Shown piece by piece: positions 1-7,009 of a DNA stretch of 64,000 nt; the first letter of the stretch is position 1, and each line of letters begins with the position of its first letter. The stretch covers positions 19,127 through 83,126 of the forward strand of contig CAIMWF010000134.1 in NCBI GenBank assembly GCA_903845055.1, given 5' to 3'. Source of the DNA: an uncultured Bacteroidales bacterium. GTDB taxonomy: Bacteria; Bacteroidota; Bacteroidia; Bacteroidales; FEN-979. A model generated the notes under the pieces. It was not told the DNA's origin, made no database searches, and saw nothing but the letters and a program-made list of their open reading frames with translations. The position numbers were made by a program, and so were the translations under genes.

Positions 1-3000
1 CGGCTGAATGAACAGGCGCTGTCGGTGAAAATCGGCGGGAATTCCATCGCCGATTTAGCCGCCATGGAACTGGAAGAGCTTGTAACCCTCCTCGCCGGGA
101 ACGGGTTAGCCGGCAACGCCGGGGCTGTTTCCGGTCCCATCGTTACACAGGTTGAGAAGCAAGTCACCCTGCTGAAACGCCTCGGCCTGGGCTACCTAAC
201 CTGCGACCGCGAATCGACCACCCTCTCGGGCGGCGAATCGCAGCGTTTACGGCTTGCCACGCAGGCCGGCATTGGGCTGAGCGGCATGATCTGCATATTC
301 GACGAACCCTCCATCGGGCTGCACCCTCATGACATATCAAACCTGATCGGTATCCTGAAAGAGATCCGCGACCGGGGCAATACCGTGATCGTTGTGGAAC
401 ACGAAGAGGAATTTCTCCGTCATGCCGACTGGCTGATCGATATCGGGCCTGGTCCCGGCGTTCACGGGGGCGAAGTGCTGTTCAACGGATCGATGATTAC
501 GGCGACGCATCTTTCAGAAGTGGAGACCAGGAAAAGCCGCACGCTCTCTTTTTTCAAAGGTTTCGAAAAGATTGCCGTTCCGGCGCAACGTCGGCCGGGG
601 CATGGTTTTCTTTCCGTTTCAGGGGCCGCCGCCAACAACCTCCGGAACATTGACGTCAGCTTCAGGTTGCAGGCGCTGAATGTGGTCACCGGTGTTTCGG
701 GTGCCGGGAAATCGACCCTTACCGAACAGGTGCTGGGGGCCTTTTTAAGGAACCGGCTGCACGGCACCAACGAGGCAGTGGGAACCTTTCGGGCAATCAC
801 TGGCTGGGAGGGGATCGGCAAACTGATCTCCATCGACCAGTCGCCCATCGGCCGCACCCCGCGCAGCAACCCGGCCACCTATACCGGTTTGTCCGATCCC
901 ATCCGCGACCTTTTTACCAGCCTGCCGGAATCGGCAAGGCTGGGATTTGATAAAAGCCGGTTCTCCTTCAATACTCCCGGGGGACGGTGCGAATCCTGCC
1001 AGGGCGCCGGTTACCAGCTGGCCGGGATGCACTTCATGGGTAATGCAGAGGTACTTTGCGAAGCCTGTGAGGGCCGCCGGTTCGATGAACCAACCCTGTC
1101 GGTCACCTTCCGCAGCAAAAATATTTCTGAGGTTTTCGGGATGACGGTTTCGGAAGCCCTCCTGTTTTTCGCGGGCGAACACAAGATCCAGCGTTACCTC
1201 GAAACCCTCGAAAACCTGGGACTTGGCTATATCACCCTCGGGCAGCGTTCATCAACCCTGAGCGGGGGAGAGGCACAGCGGATAAAACTGGCCACTGAAC
1301 TTGCCCGGCCGCAGTCGGCGCATACGCTGTACATCATGGATGAGCCGACCACCGGACTGCACCACGCCGATGTGGGGATCCTCCTAAACGCGCTGAACCG
1401 CCTGGTCGGCCAGGGACATACGGTAATCCTCATCGAACACCATGCCGCGATCATCATGGCGGCCGACCATGTCATTGACCTGGGTCCAGGAAGCGGGCGC
1501 GATGGAGGATCACTTCTTTTTTCAGGTACGCCGGAGGAACTTCTTGCGTGCGAAGGATCGCTCACGGCAAAGGCCCTCCTTGAATATCGAATATCGAATG
1601 TCGAATATCGAATGTCGAAGGAAGAAATACCGGACCAGGACGCTACAATAAATCGTAAATCGTATATCGTAAATCGTAAATTATCGCTGAAAGGCGTTTC
1701 CACCCATAACCTGAAACACATCGATGTTGATATCCCGCACAACAAAATAACGGTCATCACCGGCGTATCTGGCAGCGGCAAATCGTCGCTGGCTTTCGAC
1801 ACCATCTTTGCCGAGGGACAGAGCCGCTTCCTCGAAAGTTATTCCCCCTATGTCCGCAGCCGGATCGGGGTCAAAGAAAAGGCTGAATTCGAAGAAATTA
1901 CCGGCCTTACGCCCGCCTTTGCGGTAAACCAGGGAGGCCTCGGCCATAACCCGCGCTCCACCGTCGGGACGATGACAGGCATCTATGATCATTACAGGCT
2001 GCTGTATTCGAGGATCGGGAAGCGGGCCCTGGAAAATGAATATCGGATAACGAATAACGAATATCCGATATCGAGTCTTTTTTCCTTCAACCACCGGCAT
2101 GGCGCATGCAGCTTGTGCGACGGACTTGGTTTCCGGACTGTCTGCGATCCGGCGAAACTGGTGACCGATCCTTCGAAACCACTGACCAGTGGCGCGCTGG
2201 ACGGCACGAAAACCGGGAAATTCTATGGTGACCCGTTCGGGCAGTACATGGCCACGCTCAGGTCGGCTGGCCTGAAATACGGGTTTGATTTTACACAACC
2301 CTGGTCGGAACTTTCCGACCTGGCAAAAACAGTTGCGATGCATGGCACCGGCGAAGAGGTGTACGAGGTGAACTGGCAGTTCAAACGGAACAACCGCACC
2401 GGTGAGCACCATTTTACCGGGTCCTGGAAGGGGCTTGTCAGCCTGGTCAACGAAGAGTATGACCGCAAACATGCCGATCACCGGGGCGATAGCATGATGA
2501 ACCTCATGAAAACGGTCCCCTGTGCGGCATGCGGGGGGAAGCGACTGAGGCCTGAAGCACTCGGGTATCTTATCGCAGGGAAAAACATCGCGGAACTTTC
2601 GGCCCTGCCCGTTGACCGGTCCATCGGTTTTTTCGTTTCACTCATCTCCGCTCCCGGGCAATCCGGCGATCGTGAGGTGGCCTCCCCGCTCGTCGGGGAG
2701 ATCCTCCGTAAACTTGAATTCATGGCCGGACTGGGTCTCCCTTACCTCGCCCCCGACCGGCTTTCGTCGACCCTTTCGGGGGGTGAGGCGCAGCGGATCA
2801 GGCTGGCAGGTCAGCTGGGATCGGGACTAACGGGGATCACCTACGTGCTGGATGAACCTACCATCGGGCTGCACCCGCGCGACACGGGCAACCTGATGAA
2901 ACTGATCAGGTCGCTGCAACAGTCGGGGAATACGGTGGTGATCGTCGAACACGACCGCGACGTGATCATGGCGGCCGATTACCTGGTCGATATGGGGCCA

Positions 3001-4080
3001 GGCGCCGGTAAAGCAGGCGGGAGGATCCTTGCGACAGGCTCCCCGCAGGAGGTCGTCGGTTCACCAGCCTCGGTCACCGGGCCTTACCTGGCCGCGATTC
3101 CCCCTACCACCGGAGGGTTTGCATTAAACCGGGAGGGAATTCCTGACCGCGTACTCAATCCGGGCATCTTGATCCGGGATGCATTTGCCAACAACCTGAA
3201 GGGTTTTGACCTGGAGATACCATCGGGAGGGATCATTGCCATTACCGGCGTTTCGGGAAGCGGGAAATCGACCCTGGTGAATGAGGTGATTGGCCGTTCG
3301 TGGGGAAACGGCACTGCAGCCGGATGTTCCTCCATCAGCGGGTTTGAAAATTTTCAGCGGATGGTCAGCGTCCGCCGGCGAACCGGGTTTTCTTCGCCGC
3401 TGGCCACGCCCGCCACCTTTACCGGCATTTTTGACCGGATACGTGAAATTTTTGCCGGTACCGATGAAGCACGTCATTCGGGATTCACCAGGAACCATTT
3501 TTCATACCTGGACAAAAGCGGGCAGTGCCAGGCCTGCCAGGGAGCCGGGCAGATATCGGTTTCCATGGATTTCCTTTCGGATGTAACCATGATCTGTGAA
3601 CAGTGTCACGGCATGCGATATGGCGACGATATCCTGCGCTGCAGGCACCATGACCACCATATCGGGGAGGTGCTTGCGATGACCGTGACGGAGGCTGCCC
3701 GGTTTTTTGAAGATCAGCGGAACTTGTCCGAACAGTTGAACATGATCGGTCAAACAGGTCTTGGTTACCTGCAACTGGGCCAGCCGCTTGATACCCTTTC
3801 GGGGGGAGAGGCCCAGCGGCTGGTGCTGGCGGCCGAACTGGTGAAGCCGGGGAAGGGACGGGCTTTGTATCTTCTTGAGGAACCATCCGCAGGGCTCCAT
3901 TTCAGGGATACCGGGTACCTGGTTGCCCTTTTTCACCGCCTGGCCGCCCTGGGACACACCCTGCTGGTCATAGAACATGACCATGACATTATCGCCCAGG
4001 CTGATCACATCATCGAACTTGGCCCCGAAGGGGGCGAACGGGGCGGCTACCTCACCGGTTCTGTTTCAAGGCCGGCATAA
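1..4080 (+). CDS. Tandem (duplicated) UvrA-like ABC ATPase; the 5' end lies outside the window
   Basis: The frame is open from nt 1. There are four ABC signature motifs (LSGGESQRLRLA, LSGGEAQRIKLA, LSGGEAQRIRLA, LSGGEAQRLVLA) and three Walker A loops (GVSGAGKST, GVSGSGKSS, GVSGSGKST). There are two UvrA-type C-terminal zinc modules (CESCQGAG..CEACEG and CQACQGAG..CEQCHG). A second complete UvrA N-terminus (LKGVSTHNLKHIDVDIPHNKITVITGVSGSGKSSLAFDTIFAEGQ) starts near nt 1685 with no intervening stop codon. Confidence 0.85.
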   Translation, partial: RLNEQALSVKIGGNSIADLAAMELEELVTLLAGNGLAGNAGAVSGPIVTQVEKQVTLLKRLGLGYLTCDRESTTLSGGESQRLRLATQAGIGLSGMICIFDEPSIGLHPHDISNLIGILKEIRDRGNTVIVVEHEEEFLRHADWLIDIGPGPGVHGGEVLFNGSMITATHLSEVETRKSRTLSFFKGFEKIAVPAQRRPGHGFLSVSGAAANNLRNIDVSFRLQALNVVTGVSGAGKSTLTEQVLGAFLRNRLHGTNEAVGTFRAITGWEGIGKLISIDQSPIGRTPRSNPATYTGLSDPIRDLFTSLPESARLGFDKSRFSFNTPGGRCESCQGAGYQLAGMHFMGNAEVLCEACEGRRFDEPTLSVTFRSKNISEVFGMTVSEALLFFAGEHKIQRYLETLENLGLGYITLGQRSSTLSGGEAQRIKLATELARPQSAHTLYIMDEPTTGLHHADVGILLNALNRLVGQGHTVILIEHHAAIIMAADHVIDLGPGSGRDGGSLLFSGTPEELLACEGSLTAKALLEYRISNVEYRMSKEEIPDQDATINRKSYIVNRKLSLKGVSTHNLKHIDVDIPHNKITVITGVSGSGKSSLAFDTIFAEGQSRFLESYSPYVRSRIGVKEKAEFEEITGLTPAFAVNQGGLGHNPRSTVGTMTGIYDHYRLLYSRIGKRALENEYRITNNEYPISSLFSFNHRHGACSLCDGLGFRTVCDPAKLVTDPSKPLTSGALDGTKTGKFYGDPFGQYMATLRSAGLKYGFDFTQPWSELSDLAKTVAMHGTGEEVYEVNWQFKRNNRTGEHHFTGSWKGLVSLVNEEYDRKHADHRGDSMMNLMKTVPCAACGGKRLRPEALGYLIAGKNIAELSALPVDRSIGFFVSLISAPGQSGDREVASPLVGEILRKLEFMAGLGLPYLAPDRLSSTLSGGEAQRIRLAGQLGSGLTGITYVLDEPTIGLHPRDTGNLMKLIRSLQQSGNTVVIVEHDRDVIMAADYLVDMGPGAGKAGGRILATGSPQEVVGSPASVTGPYLAAIPPTTGGFALNREGIPDRVLNPGILIRDAFANNLKGFDLEIPSGGIIAITGVSGSGKSTLVNEVIGRSWGNGTAAGCSSISGFENFQRMVSVRRRTGFSSPLATPATFTGIFDRIREIFAGTDEARHSGFTRNHFSYLDKSGQCQACQGAGQISVSMDFLSDVTMICEQCHGMRYGDDILRCRHHDHHIGEVLAMTVTEAARFFEDQRNLSEQLNMIGQTGLGYLQLGQPLDTLSGGEAQRLVLAAELVKPGKGRALYLLEEPSAGLHFRDTGYLVALFHRLAALGHTLLVIEHDHDIIAQADHIIELGPEGGERGGYLTGSVSRPA
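1582..1620 (+). repeat. 7-nt tandem array GAATRTC x5.5, in frame inside the UvrA-like ORF
   Basis: Read directly as gaatatc gaatatc gaatgtc gaatatc gaatgtc gaag. It translates as EYRISNVEYRMSK. Confidence 0.95.
1650..1684 (+). repeat. 7-nt tandem array AAATCGT x5, in frame inside the UvrA-like ORF
   Basis: Read directly as aaatcgt aaatcgt atatcgt aaatcgt aaattat. It belongs to the same family as the intergenic arrays at 6270-6304, 31801-31837 and 36851-36878 (reverse). Confidence 0.95.
2038..2075 (+). repeat. 7-nt tandem array (GAATATC family) with internal 9-bp inverted repeat, in frame inside UvrA unit 2
   Basis: Read directly as gaatatc ggataac gaataac gaatatc cgatatc gag. ATATCGGAT (2040-2048) is the reverse complement of ATCCGATAT (2063-2071). 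It translates as ENEYRITNNEYPIS. Confidence 0.9.
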
Positions 4081-4085
4081 AAAAA

Positions 4086-4104
4086 CCGCCCCGTTCAGGG
4101 GCGG
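4086..4104 (-). terminator. GC-rich hairpin with a T-tract on the minus strand; possible bidirectional terminator between convergent genes
   Basis: CCGCCCC-gttca-GGGGCGG is a perfect 7-bp stem. It starts 6 nt after the UvrA-like stop codon. An A7 run at 4079-4085 gives a U-tract for minus-strand transcripts. There is no U-tract on the plus strand. Confidence 0.5.
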
Positions 4105-4315
4105 TGTCGCATTAGCGATTTAATTTATCCGTCAATCATTAAGATTTAGGATTGGCCTTGGCCAAAAAACATGTTTCGGTATAAGCGAAACAAGCCGGAA
4201 AATCTAAGTTGAAGTTTTGCTCTTTTTGGTTTTTTTAATGTTTAATTGGTTAACACAAAGATAACTGAAACGAAGGCGAAGTCAAGTATTTTAACAAATA
4301 TTAACACAATTTAAA

Positions 4316-5398
4316 TTACCCCTCGTAAGCCGGGTAATCGGTATATCCCTGGGCTCCAGGGGTATAGAAAGTATTGTAATCCCAACCGGTGTTGATGGGT
4401 CTGTCATGCTGCATCCTTTCAACGAGGTCAGGGTTGCTGATGAAGGGGCGTCCGAAGGCGATCAGGTCTGCGAGGCCGCCCTGGAGGTCGCGTTCGGCGG
4501 TCTCCCTGGAATAGCCCCCGGCAAGGATCAGGGTTTTTACCAGTTTTTCACGGAAGTTCTGCTTGATGGCAAGCGGGACCTCCGGGGCGCCCATCCCGCT
4601 GTGATCCACCAGGTGGATGTAGAGGACGCCCAGTGCTTCCAGCCGTGTCGCAAGGTAATTGTACGTTGCATCGATTTCCGGGTAGGGAAGCATTCCTCCG
4701 TTTGTGCCGTAAGGCGACAAACGGATGGCCGTTTTATCCATCCCGATTGCCTTTCCTACCATCTCAACCACCTCCAGGACAAACCTGCATCGGTTTTCAA
4801 TGCTGCCACCATATTCATCGGTGCGCTGGTTGCTGTGGGGCGACAGAAATTGCTCGAGCAGGTACCCGTTGGCACCGTGCATCTCAACGCCGTCGAAACC
4901 CGCAGTAATCGCATTGATTGCCGATTTCATGAATTCTTTCTTTGTCTTGACGATATCTTCGCCGGTCATGGCCCGCGGAACGGGCATGTCTTGCATCCCG
5001 TTGCTGTCGGTGTACATCTGTCCGGGAGCGGCAAGGGCCGATGGTGCAATGATCTCGGCACCCGCGGGCAGGTTGTCAGGGTGTCCCATCCTCCCGGTAT
5101 GCATGAACTGGATAAAAATGCTGCCGCCCTTTTCATGAACGGCCCTGGTTGTTTTTAGCCAACCTGCAACCTGGGCATCGCTGAATATCCCCGGGATCCG
5201 CGAATATCCGAGCCCGTTTGGAGAGGGTGCGACGCCTTCGGTGATGATCAGGCCGGCACTGGCGCGCTGTTCATAATATGTTGCCATGAGATCGTTCGGG
5301 ATGTTGCCGATGGCGCGGCTGCGGGTCATCGGGGCCATGACGACCCTGTTTGGCAATACTTTTCCTGCAAGTGTGTAAGGACTGAATAGTTTTAACAT
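4316..5398 (-). CDS. Old Yellow Enzyme family NADH:flavin oxidoreductase / alkene reductase
   Basis: 360-aa ORF. The N-terminus is LFSPYTLAGKVLPNRVVMAPMTRSRA. It also has GFDGVEMHGANGYLLEQFL and DEYGGSIENRCRF, which are typical OYE/NemA family motifs. Confidence 0.85.
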   Translation of the reverse strand: MLKLFSPYTLAGKVLPNRVVMAPMTRSRAIGNIPNDLMATYYEQRASAGLIITEGVAPSPNGLGYSRIPGIFSDAQVAGWLKTTRAVHEKGGSIFIQFMHTGRMGHPDNLPAGAEIIAPSALAAPGQMYTDSNGMQDMPVPRAMTGEDIVKTKKEFMKSAINAITAGFDGVEMHGANGYLLEQFLSPHSNQRTDEYGGSIENRCRFVLEVVEMVGKAIGMDKTAIRLSPYGTNGGMLPYPEIDATYNYLATRLEALGVLYIHLVDHSGMGAPEVPLAIKQNFREKLVKTLILAGGYSRETAERDLQGGLADLIAFGRPFISNPDLVERMQHDRPINTGWDYNTFYTPGAQGYTDYPAYEG

Positions 5399-5466
5399 TT
5401 TCAGAGAATATTTTGGTTTAGGATGTTAATTTTTTGCAAAATTATTGTTTTTATTTAGAATTAATA

Positions 5467-5474
5467 TAAATTTG
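5467..5474 (+). promoter_or_regulatory. Candidate Bacteroidota -7 promoter element (TAnnTTTG)
   Basis: TAAATTTG lies 56 nt upstream of the scoA ATG, in the AT-rich divergent region between the OYE gene and the catabolic cluster. This is a motif match only. Confidence 0.3.
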
Positions 5475-5504
5475 TTGAATTATAAAAATATTGACCCTTA
5501 GCAG

Positions 5505-5532
5505 GAATCGAAAATCGAAATTCATAAATATG
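5505..5532 (+). repeat. 7-nt tandem array ending in the scoA start codon
   Basis: Read directly as gaatcga aaatcga aattcat aaatATG. Confidence 0.8.
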
Positions 5533-6222
5533 AAAAAAGTTGTTGCAAATGCCCTGGAGGCAATCAGGGGGATCGAAAGCAACATGACCCTCATGCTGGG
5601 GGGGTTCGGTTTGTGCGGGATTCCCGAAAATTGCATATCCGCCCTTGCCGCGGCTGATATCACGGGGCTTACCTGCATATCCAACAACGCCGGCATCGAT
5701 GGTTTCGGCCTTGGCATGCTGCTGCGCCGTCACCAGATCAGGAAGATGATTTCCTCCTATGTGGGTGAAAACAAAGAATTTGAACGCCAGTTGCTGAGCG
5801 GCGAACTCGAGGTGGAACTGATTCCGCAGGGAACGCTTGCAGAACGGATCCGTGCGGGCGGTGCGGGCATTCCGGCCTTTTATGTCCCGGCAGGTTACGG
5901 CACCGAGGTGGCCGAGGGCAAACCGGTGCGTGAATTTGATGGCAAGATGTATCTCGAGGAACGCTGGCTGAAGGCCGATTTTGCCATTGTCAAGGCCTGG
6001 AAAGGGGATACGAACGGCAACCTGGTATACAAATTCACAGCCAACAATTTCAACCAGTCCATGGCCACTGCTGGAAAGATTACCATCGCCGAGGTCGAAG
6101 AGCTCGTACCTGCAGGCGCACTTGATCCGAACCACATTCATACGCCGGGAGTTTTCGTGCAACGCATCTTTCAGGGAAGCAACTATGAGAAGCGGATTGA
6201 GTTTACCACCACGAGAGAGTGA
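5530..6222 (+). CDS. scoA: 3-oxoacid (acetoacetate) CoA-transferase subunit A
   Basis: The protein starts MKKVVANALEAIRGIESNMTLMLGGFGLCGIPE and contains ELIPQGTLAERIRAGGAGIPAF. These match family I CoA-transferase A subunits. Start chosen at the ATG at 5530, which is internal to the listed ORF. Confidence 0.85.
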   Translation: MKKVVANALEAIRGIESNMTLMLGGFGLCGIPENCISALAAADITGLTCISNNAGIDGFGLGMLLRRHQIRKMISSYVGENKEFERQLLSGELEVELIPQGTLAERIRAGGAGIPAFYVPAGYGTEVAEGKPVREFDGKMYLEERWLKADFAIVKAWKGDTNGNLVYKFTANNFNQSMATAGKITIAEVEELVPAGALDPNHIHTPGVFVQRIFQGSNYEKRIEFTTTRE

Positions 6223-6310
6223 CGAGTGACAAATGACGAGTGACGAATGACAAGTGACGTATGACGCAGAAATCGTAAATCCAAAATCGTAAATCGTAAA
6301 TTTTAAAATG
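6217..6310 (+). repeat. Compound tandem array: GAGTGAC-family x7 then AAATCGT-family x5, filling the whole scoA-scoB spacer
   Basis: Read as gagtgac gagtgac aaatgac gagtgac gaatgac aagtgac gtatgac gcag aaatcgt aaatcca aaatcgt aaatcgt aaatttt aaaATG. The scoA TGA stop (6220-6222) lies inside the first unit. The scoB ATG (6308) abuts the last unit. Confidence 0.95.
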
Positions 6311-6964
6311 GCTTTAGACAAGAACGGAATAGCGAAAAGGATCGCCAGGGAGCTGCAGGATGGATACTATGTCAACCTGGGCATCGGGATTCCTACCCTG
6401 GTGGCCAATTATATTCCCGCGGGGATGCAGATCGTCCTGCAATCCGAGAACGGGCTCCTGGGAATCGGCCCTTTTCCGGGAAAAGATGACGTGGATCCCG
6501 ATTTGATCAATGCCGGGAAACAGACCATAACAGCGCTTCCGGGCGCGGCGTTTTTCGACTCTTCCATGAGTTTTGCCATGATCCGCGGGGGCCATATCGA
6601 TCTGACCGTCCTGGGGGCTTTTGAAGTTTCCGAAGCGGGCGACATCTCCTCCTGGAAAATTCCCGGGAAACTTGTAAAAGGCATGGGAGGGGCGATGGAT
6701 CTCGTTGCATCGGCCAAAAACATCATCGTGGCCATGATGCATACCAACCCGCAGGGCGAATCGAAATTGCTGAAACGGTGCACCCTTCCCCTCACCGGCG
6801 TGGGTGTCGTAAAACGCATCGTTTCCGACCTCGCAGTCGTCGATGTCACGCCGCGGGGTTTCAAGCTGCTCGAACGGGCCCCGGGAGTTTCGGTACAGGA
6901 GATCATCAACGCCACCGAAGGAAAACTGATTGTTGAGGGGGAAATTCCTGAAATTGAAATCTAA
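6308..6964 (+). CDS. scoB: 3-oxoacid (acetoacetate) CoA-transferase subunit B
   Basis: 218 aa. Contains [24 protein letters not shown] and GMGGAMDLV, which are typical B-subunit motifs. It lies directly downstream of subunit A. Confidence 0.85.
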   Translation: MALDKNGIAKRIARELQDGYYVNLGIGIPTLVANYIPAGMQIVLQSENGLLGIGPFPGKDDVDPDLINAGKQTITALPGAAFFDSSMSFAMIRGGHIDLTVLGAFEVSEAGDISSWKIPGKLVKGMGGAMDLVASAKNIIVAMMHTNPQGESKLLKRCTLPLTGVGVVKRIVSDLAVVDVTPRGFKLLERAPGVSVQEIINATEGKLIVEGEIPEIEI

Positions 6965-7009
6965 GATTGACTTTTTCTGAATTAATTAACTGTAAATTAA
7001 CCGGTAACA

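Noticed and set aside
1609-1690. Treating the UvrA-like ORF as two separate adjacent genes
   Set aside because: There is no in-frame stop anywhere between the units in the sequence as given. Splitting it would require assuming an error at nt 1665. It is reported instead as a fusion with explicit caveats.
6965-7009. A further 7-nt array in the scoB-hmgA spacer (AATTAAC-like units)
   Set aside because: Only two or three loosely similar units are present. This is too degenerate to distinguish from ordinary AT-rich spacer.
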